From an uncultured Candidatus Peribacteria bacterium (lineage in GTDB: Bacteria; Patescibacteriota; Gracilibacteria; BD1-5; UBA2023): DNA of 64,000 bases. Position numbers and translations under genes: made by a program. Each line of letters begins with the position of its first letter. Positions within the stretch are counted from its first letter, which is position 1. The notes beneath the pieces are model-generated. The model was not told where the DNA came from and did no database searches. It saw nothing but the letters and a program-made list of their open reading frames with translations. Positions 11,866-22,930 of the stretch are shown here, piece after piece. The stretch is taken from assembly GCA_964449265.1 (NCBI GenBank), contig CAYVAG010000002.1:1369-65368 (forward strand), written 5' to 3'.

Positions 11866-13329
11866 TTATTCGAGGACTTTTTTTATACGTTTCAGAGACT
11901 CTTCTTTTCCGAGAATGTATGCCAGTTCGAATGCTCCTGGTGAGAACTCTTCTCCAGATAGTGCAACTCGTAATGGCCAAAGGATCTGTCCATTTTTCTT
12001 TCCCGCAGTTACTATGGCTTCGAGGATCGGAGCTTTCAGAGCATCGAGTGAAGTATAGTTGGCAGATTCGAGAAGTGGGAGTGCGAAGGCGAGTGACTCG
12101 AGTGCTTCTGCCTCTGACTCGATCTTCATTTTTGCATTCACGAGGAGGTCTTTACGGATTTTTGCTTCCCCGTAGAGTGATGTCGTGAGTCCGATATATT
12201 CATCGAATTTCTTCATGCGAGTCTGGAGTTCGCGGATGATACGAGTGTTGTATTCGTAGTCTTTTTGACTGAAGGTATTTCTGTAGAAATCCTCTTCGTA
12301 CTCTTCGAGATACTTCGCGAGACGTGTATGGAGTTCTCCGATTTCCATACGTTTTATGTACTCACCATTCATCCAGTCGAGTTTCACAGGGTCGAGGACA
12401 GCTCATGACTTATGGATATCTCGGATCTCGAATTTCTCTATCATCTCGTCCATGGTCATGATCTCCTGATCTGTCTTCGGATGCCATCCGAGAAGCGAGA
12501 GGAAATTCAAAAGCGCTTCAGGAAGATATCACTTTTTCAGATATTCACTGACTGCGACGTCTCCTGTACGTTTCGAAAGTTTCTTCCCGTCTGCACCCAG
12601 GACATTCGGGAGATGCGCGTACTCGGGGAGGGTGATGCCAAGTGCCCGAGCGACGAGTACTTGCTTCGGGATCGAGCTGATCCACTCTTCTCCTCGCATG
12701 ACATGTGAGATCTTCATAGCTTCATCGTCGATGATGATCGCACCATGATACGTCGGGAAATTTCAGTCTGATTTCAGGAGTACCTGGTCTTCTACTTCCG
12801 AGCTATTGAACTCGATACGTCCACGGATAAGGTCGTTGAAGACTATTTTTTCTGCTTTCGGGACTTTGAGTCGGATGACATATTTCTCACCATTTGCTAT
12901 ACGTTCGCGAGCTTCCTCGAGAGGGATATCTCGGCAGAGTCCATCGTAGCGAGGAGGGAGTTTCAGGAGCTCTTGCTCTTCTTTCAGTGCTGTGAGTCTC
13001 TCGGACGTACAGAAACAGTAGTACCCAGTGCCATTCTCACACATACTATGAAGTCGTGGCGCATAGGTATCGAGGCGTTCACTCTGGACATAGGGGCCAT
13101 ATGAACCACCATGTCGTACACTCTCGTCGGGTGTGAGTCCGAGAAGATCGTGCGTATCGAGTATCGCATCGACAGCTCACTCCACGAGACGAGTGCGATC
13201 GGTATCTTCTATGCGGATGATGTATTGTCACTTGTTGTGATGAGCCCAGAGATAGCAATAAAGAGCGGTTCTGAGTGATCCGATATGGAGATATCCTGTC
13301 GGAGATGGGGCGAGTCGAGTTCGAACCAT
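11866..13329 (-). CDS. gltX: Glutamyl-tRNA synthetase
   Basis: [24 protein letters not shown] (HIGH motif); KLSKRTG (KMSKS). Fragments 11866-12387, 12529-12717 and 12763-13044 are all in one frame, joined by TGA. Confidence 0.93.
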
Positions 13330-13532
13330 GAGACTTTAGAGCTTAGGTATTAGGCTGTAGATATGAACAATATAGGGAAAACGGGGGAAAAAGCAAAGGA
13401 AATAAGAGATAAAAATTACATGAAAATAGCAAGTAATAGGTAAGAGTGGAAAAAATAATAAGAATGGTATTTTATCTTCCAATGTTGTAGCCTAGTGAAG
13501 AGAGAATCATTTTATTTTTTCGCTCTTTTCCC

Positions 13533-13538
13533 TATAAT
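13533..13538 (+). promoter_or_regulatory. Possible -10 box (TATAAT) immediately upstream of the kinase start
   Basis: A perfect TATAAT ends 6 nt before ATG 13545, which would imply a leaderless or near-leaderless transcript. No clear -35 box. Confidence 0.3.
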
Positions 13539-13544
13539 ATCATC

Positions 13545-14849
13545 ATGAAGCTCGTCTATCGTATCCCACTCATCACGCTCATCATCCTTGTACTCACAGC
13601 AATCGTGAACATCGGATCCTTCCAGTATTTTTCGGAAGTATATTTCTCGACCTATGTTAGCGAGCTTTCGAAAGAGTCTACTCCTGATCCTGATAGGCTC
13701 CGTGCACTTCTCCAGATAGGAAAACTGGATAAAAAAGATCAAGCTGAATATCTCGCCATCTTCTCTGAACTCGCGAATATATCGACCTCGATCGAGAATA
13801 TCTCCAAAAATCCAGAACTCTATATGGGGAGTGGCGGCTCTGATACGATGTTCAGTATACCATCAGTGAGCTCCTATAAGGGAACAGGATTCTCTGTCTT
13901 TCGTCTGGGAGCTCTCTGAGATGACTCTCCTGAGTGACGCTTCGTCACCTCTATACTAAAGTGAGTATTTCTCACCAACTTTGTCTGGCTAGCACTTGTC
14001 CTCCTTCTCTATCTCCTCTGGATACGTTCTATATTTCGTCCGATCGGTATCGTCACAGAAAATATCCGAAATATCATCGATCGCAAGCGCTACGCGAGTA
14101 TCCGCTATAGTGGGAACAACGAATTTGCACCACTTATCTCGACTATCAATAATCTCCATAAATCCCTCTCTATCCAGGAAAAAATCCGATCTGACTTCCT
14201 CTCTGATCTGTCTCATGAGATCCGTACACCGATCACAGCGGTAAAGTGCTATCTCGAAGGGATACAAGATGGTGTCATGAAGCTCGATACGGGGACAGTC
14301 GACCTCCTCCAGTCTGAGCTCGAGCGTCTCACACATATCACAGGACGTATCATGGACTATGAGTCACTCACTCATGATATATTCGAGCAAGTGAAGGTGG
14401 AGAGATTTTCTCTCCGTCGTATCACAGAAGATATCGTCTCTGAGTATATCCCACAGCTTCAGAAAAATAATCAAACAACCAAAATCCACTTCCCTTCTGA
14501 CACGATGACTTCGATGGACAAGAGTATGTATATCCAGATTCTTCACAACATCATGTCGAACTTCATCAAATATGCAGGGCCCGATACAACTCTTACGTTC
14601 TCCTATGAGAAATCCGAGAAAGAATACATCATCACCTTTTCTGATGATGGTACTGGCATCCCTGACGATGAGCTCATGTTCGTAAAGGAGAAATTCTACC
14701 GAGTAGATAAGGCTCGTACTGGTACGGATAAAAGTATGGGAATCTGACTCTCGATCGTCGATCGTATCGCGCGTCTGCATAGAGGATCGCTCTCGCTCGA
14801 AAAAAACACCCCAAGAGGGGTGAGAGTTATGGTGAGAGTGGGGAGGTAG
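13545..14849 (+). CDS. Sensor histidine kinase (HisKA + HATPase_c), no adjacent response regulator
   Basis: Two TM segments. H-box FLSDLSHEIRTPIT. N, G1 and G2 boxes: NIMSNFIKY, DDGTGI, GI-[TGA]-LSIV. ORFs 13545-13919 and 14277-14747 share a frame. Confidence 0.88.
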
Positions 14850-14852
14850 GAA

Positions 14853-14897
14853 TTAGCACTCTACCACTTCTCCCTCTTTCTGTAAAGTCACGTGACA
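14853..14897 (-). repeat. Decayed duplicate of the trhO 3-prime end (partner 15795-15839)
   Basis: 36 of 44 nt identical to the last 14 codons plus stop of trhO. Would encode CHVTLQKEGEVVEC-stop, against SHATSQKEGEVVEC-stop in trhO. Confidence 0.75.
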
Positions 14898-15755
14898 CTA
14901 TATTGCCTCGTACCATCATCCTTCCATTAAACCATACGTTGTATTATAGCATTTTCTTTTAACTTCGAATTCATCATTATTATATAAGTAATATTCTATT
15001 CACTTTGCATGGGCATCTCCAGTTATAGAGAGGAGATTCTTTCCGGACTCCTTTCTCGCAATGTCCAGTATGTTTTGAAGCATAAAAATAGTTCGAGCAT
15101 CAGTAATATATCCCAAATCATTTGCAATATATTTTTTCCCCTGAAAAACTCCATATAGAAATGGATAGGTAAAAATATATCAATTTAATCCAATAATTAG
15201 TGCCATGATATTGCGACGAGTTTGTTTAAATATTCATGATAATTTCTTTAATTCCTTGTGATTTTTTATATTTTTTCATGCTATGAATACGGGTGCTACT
15301 GAACATGCTAACGATACTCATACATTTATGATCGAGGGATTATCTATGTAAATAACTTTTTTTCCTTGAGATTTTGCATATTTTTCTAGTTTTTTAAAAT
15401 ACTGCTCTCCTCTTTCTAAGAGAATTATATCAGCCCTTCTTATTGCTTGAAATAGAAATTCTTTATCTTCGTCAAAGGCTTCATCGGTATGAGATACTCA
15501 TATATTCTGATATGATGGATTTAAATGCAGTACATTTTCCTTCTCCTCTCTTTTTGCTTTTCATTTTTTCTGAATTCAATCACCAGATAATCCCATGTAG
15601 GTAGCTCCACCTAATATAATAGATGGAACTGGATTCATGGAAACAATAGCTCATATAGTTGCAATAGTAGCAGTAACTGTATTCGCACTTGTTTCATGTA
15701 GTTTACGAAAAAAAATTCTTCTGGATGGAGATTGAGGAGAATTAGCATTAATCAT
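14898..15755 (-). CDS. Hypothetical protein, weak TraB/GumN/Tiki-like features
   Basis: Code-25 frame of 286 codons: MINANSPQ...IGVSHTDEAFDEDKEFLFQAIRRADIILLERGEQ...SITGDAHAKGIEYY...GGWYEAI. TAG stop at 14898-14900, in frame with the duplicated trhO tail. Confidence 0.5.
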
Positions 15756-15794
15756 ACTAGTATAATCTCATATTTCCCTTATTTTTGCAAATAT

Positions 15795-16883
15795 CTAACA
15801 CTCCACCACTTCCCCTTCTTTCTGTGAAGTCGCATGACTCCACTCGATATTTGCGAGTTTGCGATCGAGATGGGCAGCGATTTTTCCGAGTCCATCACTT
15901 TCCTTTCGGATATTTTTGTAGTCGAGCTTGTCCCACTCCACATCCTTGATAAGTCCATCATTTCTTGCTGACTCATAGCATTCCCGAGAGCAAAATCCCA
16001 TATGTTTGCGAAATGATTTCTCAGTCGCGATGAGTCGAGCGTTGCATGGGGCGTAGCGACAATTTTCGCAATTATCTGTTTTTTCTCCTGTATAGAGGCA
16101 TTCTCCGATAGTCGTATGAGTCGAATGATCTCCGACAGTTGTCGAGACACGTCCATCGAAGGTGTAGAGATTGCCCAGCCAGTTTCCATCGTTATATTCA
16201 TTTACATATTTCACGACGCCACCCTGGATCGAGTAGTACTCGGTATCGCTTCACTGGTTCGCGAGGACGGCTGCTTTCTCACAACGGATACCTCCAGTAC
16301 AGTACCAGATGACTTTTTTGCCCTGTGCGACTTTCCCATATTGCTCGAGAAGCTTCGGGACTTCACGGAAATTTACTGTCCCTGCTGGGATAGCATTACG
16401 AAAATGTCCGAGCCTATACTCGTAGTCATTTCTCATGTCGAGGATCACATAGTCATCTGCCTTTCCTCCATCGAGGATTTTCTTGAATTCTTCTGGTGTG
16501 AGTTCTTTTTTGTGTTTTTTGACTTCCTCTGCACTTACTTTCACCCCGAGAGTGACGATCTCATTACGGATTTTTACGCTCATTCGAGGGAACTGGTGGT
16601 CTTCTACGGGAGTCGATTTTGAGTCGATATCAGGGATATCTTGGAAGTATTTTGATTTCTGCAAATATTCGCGATAAGACCAGCATTGCCCCTGATTTCC
16701 AGTGACAGTCGAGCTAATCCCTTCGGTACCGAGATAGACACGACCCTTGAGTCCGATGTCGCGACAGAAATCGAGATGATCTTGTGCGAGTGCATCGAGC
16801 TCGGATTCGGGAATATCGACGAATTTATAAAATGTGAGCAGAGAAAATTTCGGCTTGTGCCGAGCATTGAGTTGGGAGACCAT
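15795..16883 (-). CDS. trhO: tRNA uridine(34) hydroxylase, rhodanese-domain protein (UPF0176/YceA family)
   Basis: ORFs 16251-16883 and 15795-16214 are in frame, joined by TGA 16251-16253. Motifs: LLTFYKF, GLKGRVYLGTEGISSTV, rhodanese CTGGIRCEKA, Cys-rich C-terminus CENCRYAPC...CSREC. Confidence 0.88.
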
Positions 16884-16956
16884 ATATTAGTTGCGGCTAA
16901 TAGATAAAAATACGCGAGTTGTAGCTCGGGTAAGGAGGATTATAGGGAAAAGTGGA

Positions 16957-17427
16957 TTATTGCAAATTTTTCAAAAATTCTTGATACCCTTTTTTTGATA
17001 CACCTGTTTCTATAAATCATAAAGCTCAATGTGTCTTTATAGAAACTCTATTTTCTAGAGCAGCAATACTCCAAATAATATTATAGTTATTTATCTTGCA
17101 CCATTCTTCGAATTCTTGAAATAATATTTTTAATATCCCTTTTTGCTGATGACGTGGTAGAACAAAAAACCACTGTACTCGTTGCATACTTGGAATACTT
17201 CCTTGTTTTGACTCAAAACATGCAATAATTTCTCCATGTTCATTTCGTACAATTCGAAAAAATCTAGAGGGATCACTTAATTTTTCCTCTAATTCTCAGA
17301 CTGTATGGTATGATCGAAATTCAGAAAGCTCTTCTAGGGTATAGTACTGAGAGAGAGAAGCTAGAAATTCATCGAAAGTAAGTGATAATTCCGCGCTATC
17401 GCTCAACTGAGGCTGAAGAATGTTCAT
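16957..17427 (-). CDS. GNAT-family N-acetyltransferase (AT-rich)
   Basis: Code-25 frame of 157 codons with 3 TGA. WFFVLPRHQQKGILKILFQEFEEW resembles the acetyl-CoA-binding Q/RxxGxG/A motif. Confidence 0.65.
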
Positions 17428-17449
17428 ATAATTATCATACTATATTTTT

Positions 17450-18112
17450 CTAAAATACAAGTACAAACTCCCCCTTCACCTTCCCTTCTCATTTATAGTA
17501 CTCTCTCACTTCGGCTATCGTACCACGTTTGAATTCTTCGAATTTTTTTGTCAGCTCGCGTCCGACTACGATATGATGATCTCATCCGAGATATTCTCCG
17601 AGCTCCTCAAGTGTCCTCTCGATGCGGTGGACTGACTCATAGACGACGACGGTATACTGTTTGTTCACGAGACTTTTGAGCATGGTCTGGCGTCATTTCT
17701 TCACTGGGAGGAATCCGAGATAGAGATACTGATGACAGTCGATACCACTCGCGACGAGAGCAGAGAGGACAGCAGAAGCTCATGGAATAGGGGTCACCTC
17801 GATTCCCTCTTCGACCGCTCGGCGTATGAGGATAAAACCTGGATCAGAAATCCCGGGCGTCCCCGCATCCGATACGAGCGCCACATGTTTTCCTTCTTTC
17901 AAGAGTTCGATAATTTTCTCCATCTTCGAAAACCCTGAATGAGAGTGAAACGAGAGAAGTCTCCCATCATTCGGAATATCATAGTAGCCGAGAAGTTGTC
18001 CCGTCATGCGAGTATCTTCGCAGGCGATATAGTCTGCTTCTTTCAGTATTCGCATTGCTCGAAGCGTGATATCTTCGAGATTGCCTATTGGTGTAGAAAC
18101 GATTGAGAGCAT
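17450..18112 (-). CDS. rsmI: 16S rRNA (cytidine1402-2'-O)-methyltransferase
   Basis: [35 protein letters not shown]. The C-terminal KGEFVLVF is reached only by reading TGA as Gly. TAG at 17450-17452. Confidence 0.9.
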
Positions 18113-18123
18113 GAGTTATAATT

Positions 18124-18840
18124 TTACTTGGAAAGCTTATATATGGGAACTAATAAGTCAAATATAATCTCTAAAGTGCCATCTTGCAGGGCAGGACATA
18201 TTCAGTACTCTCAATTTTTATATTCTTTTGTAGCTTCAATATTGAGTTGTATTATTATTGCTCTTAGTCTTGTACGAGATAACATTCATTCACCTGAAAG
18301 AATGGACCTAATGTTGGTAAGGAAAAATTCTCTGAGACTGATAGTTTCTACCATGGCTTTTTGTACGCCATTCGGTATTGATGCTATTTGCATGAGCTGC
18401 TTTTTTACCTTTTTTAACCAATCTAGAGAGTTCATTTGAGTGCTTGTTGCCTCAGAAAATGCTATATCAAATGGCTGAAGTGCATAATATAGAAGTCATA
18501 AAACATTAGCAACAGTAGTAGTTTCTATGTAAATTATATTGTTCTCAATAGAAACTCCTTCTACCTTCGAGGATAAGTGTAGGTATATCGAATATCATAA
18601 TTTTGATAATGTAAGAGGAATGGATGGGTGCTCACCAGTATAATCTCTAAGTATAGTTTTAAATGTAATTTTTCATCATTTTATCAGTGTATTTTCGGGT
18701 TTAAATTCTGAAATTACTTGTTCAAGAGGTCGATCTCCAATAGTTCTTAAATTATTGATATGTTTTATATTTGCTCATCATAACGTTCTCATGACGTCTC
18801 TTTTGACATCTCCAATATCGCGAAATGGACATGATCGCAT
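18124..18840 (-). CDS. Hypothetical protein (AT-rich orphan gene between dnaA and rsmI)
   Basis: Code-25 frame of 239 codons with 9 TGA: MRSCPFRDIGDVKRDVMRTLGGANIKH...LVPIYKLSK. Antisense to track ORF 18128-18439. 11 nt upstream of rsmI. Confidence 0.5.
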
Positions 18841-18900
18841 AATAAAATACTACTAATTAATAATTATTAGTATAGTAAAAAATTATACTTTGTCAATAAA

Positions 18901-20325
18901 CTATATTCCGAGCTTATCTCGTATCACATTTACCTCATATACAACTTGTTGGTCTTTTTTCATCACGAGTTCGAGCTTCTTGCATGAATACATCACTGCC
19001 GTATGGTTGCGTCCTGAGAATATATTTCCGATGCGTTCGTAGGTATAGTGAAGACGATTTTTCAGAAGATACATCGCTACTTGGCGAGGGATCATGTTTT
19101 CCTTTTTTCGATCTTCTGAGAGGAGTGTGCGTATCTCGATACCAAAGTGGGATGAGACTGCCTGTATAAGATCTTCGTAACTACAGTTTCCTGTACGGAT
19201 AGCACGTCCTTCTGTGAGGCTTGTCGTGATGGATCGTACGGCGAGTTTCGAGAGGCGATAGGCGACGTTCTCGAGTGTTGGAGGAGTATTTTTGAGATCG
19301 TATTCTGCTATGATCTGATTGAGTACTCATTCGAGTTCACGAACGTTGGTCGTCACATTCTCAGCGATGAATTCTGCAACCTCCTGGTCTATGATAAATT
19401 CTCGTGCGCGGGATTTCTCTTGGATGATCGCAAGACGAGTTTCGTAGTCAGGTTCTCCGAGGTCGACGGTGATACCCCACTCGAATCGGCTCTGAAGTCG
19501 TGGTTCCAGCTCTGTGAGCTCTTTCGGTGGGCGATCTCCTGATAGGATTATCTGCTTTCCTGCTTCGTAGAGGATATTGAATATATTATAGAGTTCCTCT
19601 TGAGTCTGTTTCTTTCATGCGAGAAATTGGACATCGTCGATAACGAGGACGTCGATCTGACGGTATTTCTCACGAAGCTTGTCTATAGAACGTCCTTTGA
19701 TACTCGCGACATAGTCAGAAAGGAATCGGTCTGCTGTAGTGTAGATAACCTTGAGTCCTCTGTGTTTCTCGCGTATAGTGTTGGCTGATGCTTGGAGAAG
19801 ATGCGTCTTCCCGAGTCCGACATTTCCATAGAGGTAGAGTGGATTGTATGAACTTCCTGGACGACGAGCTACTGCTTCACATGCTGCATGTGCGAGCTGA
19901 GTCGATGGACCGACGATAAAGTTATCCAGCTTATAGCGATCACTCGTGAGGCGACTATTGAGTCATTCCACGATTTCTACTCATTCTACTTGTTGTTTTT
20001 TGGTAATTTTTTCAGATTCTTTGAGGCTATTTCTACAGTCTATGACGGATTCTGGTCACTTGGATTCTATAGTGTCATCGACAGTAATATCGAGACTAGT
20101 GATTGCGGGATTCACTGACTGTACTGCCGTCTTGATCTCATCATAGAATTTTTTTACGAGATTGTCTCTGTGAAACGAAGACACGACACCGAGGGTGATA
20201 CTATCCTCTGTCGATGCGATAAGAGAAAACTTCTTAAAATATGTAAGAAAATCTTGTTTTCGTACAGATACTGAGAGTGATCTGATAACTTCTGTGAGAT
20301 GAGAAAAAGAGAAACTCTGTGACAT
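18901..20325 (-). CDS. dnaA: Chromosomal replication initiator DnaA
   Basis: Start MSQSFSFSHL at 20325. AAA+ GNVGLGKTHLL, VLVIDDVQFL. Domain IV: IPRQVAMYLLKNRLHYTYERIGNIFSGRNHTAVMYS. Confidence 0.93.
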
Positions 20326-20634
20326 GAGAAGAGCAAAGAAATGAATACTTGACGACCTAACTATACGCTCTGTGATACTGTTTTTTCTCGAGATTTGTGA
20401 ACGTCTTTTTATTCTTTTTTTAACCGAAGTCAAAAGAAAAAAATCATTTGACAGAAATATCGAACACGCTATTTATACGGGAAAATAGGTAAACCTCTTC
20501 ACATGTACTTCACGGAAAATGCAAGGAGAAATATGTGAAAAAATTAGACCATACTTGATAAAAAATCAAGGAAGATATATTTAAGGCAAATGCAGAAAAG
20601 TTTGGTCTTTTCTAGACATATATTATAAAATAAT
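20326..20634. promoter_or_regulatory. Candidate oriC / dnaA promoter region
   Basis: AT-rich 0.3-kb spacer upstream of dnaA with four TGTGAA/TTCACA half-box motifs (about 20396, 20488, 20499, 20534) and T/A-rich tracts. None matches the TTATCCACA consensus fully. Confidence 0.35.
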
Positions 20635-20660
20635 AAAACCTCTCATAATGGAGAGGTTTT
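20635..20660. terminator. Bidirectional terminator after rplS
   Basis: aaaacctctc / gagaggtttt hairpin with A/T runs on both sides. Confidence 0.6.
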
Positions 20661-20683
20661 ATTATTGAATCAAGAAATATATT

Positions 20684-21037
20684 TTACTTTATTTCCTTGA
20701 GACGAGCTGCCTTACCAGTGAGCTCACGGATATATCCGATATTGTTGCGACGAACCTTGAATTGACGAAGTACGACAATCTTCGAGATATAGGGAGAATT
20801 GATCGGAAAAATCTTTTCTATACCGATACCATCTATATCAGCTCGTACAGTGATCACTTTATCGAGATCTGTTTTTCCCTTCATCGATATGATGAGTCCA
20901 CGGAATATCTGTATACGTTCTTTGTCACCATCTTTGATAATCTGGTGAACTTCGACTTCCATACCAGTCTTGTAGCGGGTATCGTCAGATTTCTGTGATG
21001 TAGTTGCCTGTATCGCGGCGATGAGAGTAGCGTCCAT
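20684..21037 (-). CDS. rplS: 50S ribosomal protein L19
   Basis: Intact ORF: GMEVEVHQIIKDGDKERIQIFRGLIISMKG...IEKIFPINSPYISKIVVLR. Confidence 0.95.
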   Translation of the reverse strand: MDATLIAAIQATTSQKSDDTRYKTGMEVEVHQIIKDGDKERIQIFRGLIISMKGKTDLDKVITVRADIDGIGIEKIFPINSPYISKIVVLRQFKVRRNNIGYIRELTGKAARLKEIK

Positions 21038-21172
21038 GATGGAGAGAAATGATGAGTAAATCGCGGTGGATTATATAATAATGAAAGAGAAAAGCAAATA
21101 ATTTTTCGAAAAACTTTTTCGACGTGAAAAACTGATTTTCCTGTTTGCAAAATCCCATTTTGTTTATATCAT

Positions 21173-22504
21173 ATGGAAGCAATTTTCCCCTTTCTCATGG
21201 AATTTCTCTTTACGAATCAGGTTGCATCGATCGAGGCAATTGTTCTCTTTCTCTGTTTAGGGCTCATAGCGCTCATGTTTGCACATGATGCTTACCAGTT
21301 TCTGAAAAAGATTTTTTATCTTTTTCATCCACGAAAAGCCTATGTTACGGAAAATCCGATTTCTCCAGAGGAATCTCTTGCCGAGAACCTTCTTCCAGAA
21401 GAGAAGAGGATAGAGGTATATCCTGATATTGAAATTCAGAGTGAAATACCTAGGAATTCATCCGTAGATGATCTCGTATGATGAGAAAAAGAGGAAACTA
21501 CTCCCGAACAAGAAAAAGATCTATCAGAAACTATAGAAGTTGTTTCTCCATTTCTCGACGAACCTCTTATCACCACGAATGAGATAGCAATTTCACATGA
21601 CACGAGTATAGAAGAAATCATCGAAAATACCCAGCCACTTTCAGAGATATCAAATGAAGAATTACCTCAAGAAACTCATATTATAGATATCATAGAAGAG
21701 ATGGAAGAGGAAAAAATGGATGATGATACTGACTTTATCGGGCATACGACATCAGATACTCCTCCTGAGGGACTTCTCTCTTCATGAGACTGAGTAATCG
21801 AAGAAAAAACAACTCCAACAATCAATGAAAGTGAGATACAAAAAGAAATCCCTACTTCTCATTCTTCTTTTTCTGAGAGATCTTCTGATAGCCCTATCCC
21901 GCCAGAGAAACGTGACAAGATCGTTGAGATCGTTTCTATGGTACAAACACTCATAGCTCGTGGACAACTCGAGGAAGCACGTGCATTTATCGTATCTGGC
22001 CTTGCCCTCGATAAAGACCATCGTGAACTCAATCTTCTTATGGCATCTCTCTATGAGCGTGATCATGCCTATACTAAAGCAGAATACATCTTCAAGGATC
22101 TCGCGAAACTCTATCCCGATGATCTCGAAATCCTCGAACATCTCGCTACTTCTCTGGCGATGCAACGTCGTTATGAGGTCGCATATGAACTCTATAAAAA
22201 AGTCCTCGACCTTGGTGGAGAAAGTGAGGAAATCCTCTATACCCTCAGTCATCTTGCTTCCGAGCTTTCGATTCCAGAAGATATCTATACCTATGCGAAA
22301 AGTTATCTCAGACAGTATCCACGTAATCCAGAAATCCTCTGGCTCTATACGCAGGCACTGATATCTCGAGGTGAACGAAAAGAAGCAGTAGAAACGCTCA
22401 TAAAGCTCAAAAATCTCACTCCGTATAACCAAGAAATCGTCGATCTCATAGGAAAACTTGTCACCGAAGAAGAGCTTGCTGGGAATTTTGGAGGGGAGAA
22501 ATAA
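21173..22504 (+). CDS. Membrane-anchored TPR-repeat protein with long acidic linker
   Basis: ORFs 21173-21481 and 21938-22504 share frame 2. I translated the gap and it has only TGA codons. N-terminal TM, Glu/Asp/Ser-rich linker, C-terminal TPR-like helices. Confidence 0.7.
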
Positions 22505-22518
22505 AAGTCTAGTTAAAT

Positions 22519-22899
22519 ATGAATCATTTTGATATTTTATATAAACAAGCCTTTGCTATAAGTGAAGATATTACCCTTTCTTGATATGCGAGTGTATGAT
22601 GAGTGGCATCTGCTCTTATTACCAAAGATGGAAATATTTTTACGGGTAAGTGTTTGGATTTTTCTGCTAGTGTAGGATTTTGTGCGGAACATTCTGCTAT
22701 TGCTGAAATGCTAAAAACTGATCATTCTGGAATATCAGAAATCATCGCTGTACGAGATACTGGCGAAGTAGTAGCTCCTTGTGGAAGGTGTAGAGAAATG
22801 ATGATGCAAATACACCAGAATAATAAAAATACACTTGTATATATCTGAAAAAATGATATGCTTCCTCTCTCGGAACTACTTCCTCATTATTGGAAATAA
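22519..22899 (+). CDS. cdd: Cytidine/blasticidin-S deaminase-family zinc enzyme
   Basis: CAEHSAI and PCGRCRE zinc ligand motifs. ATG at 22519. Four TGA. TAA at 22897-22899. Confidence 0.8.
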
Positions 22900-22930
22900 G
22901 ACACTATAGTTATTCATTATTTATTCAACT

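Larger units (their letters stand above)
14853..15794 (-). mobile_element. Candidate 0.94-kb AT-rich insertion in the trhO 3-prime end (no integrase present)
   Basis: Bounded by the two copies of the trhO terminal 45 nt. Visibly lower GC than both flanks. Carries one gene. Confidence 0.35.

Noticed and set aside
15779-16201. 140-aa ORF overlapping the trhO C-terminal region in another frame
   Set aside because: The alternative frame (15795-16214) continues the rhodanese ORF in frame through a TGA. It also carries the Cys-rich C-terminus expected for the TrhO/YceA family.
18128-18439. 103-aa plus-strand ORF upstream of rsmI
   Set aside because: It is antisense to a continuous 239-codon code-25 frame on the minus strand that fills the whole dnaA-rsmI gap.
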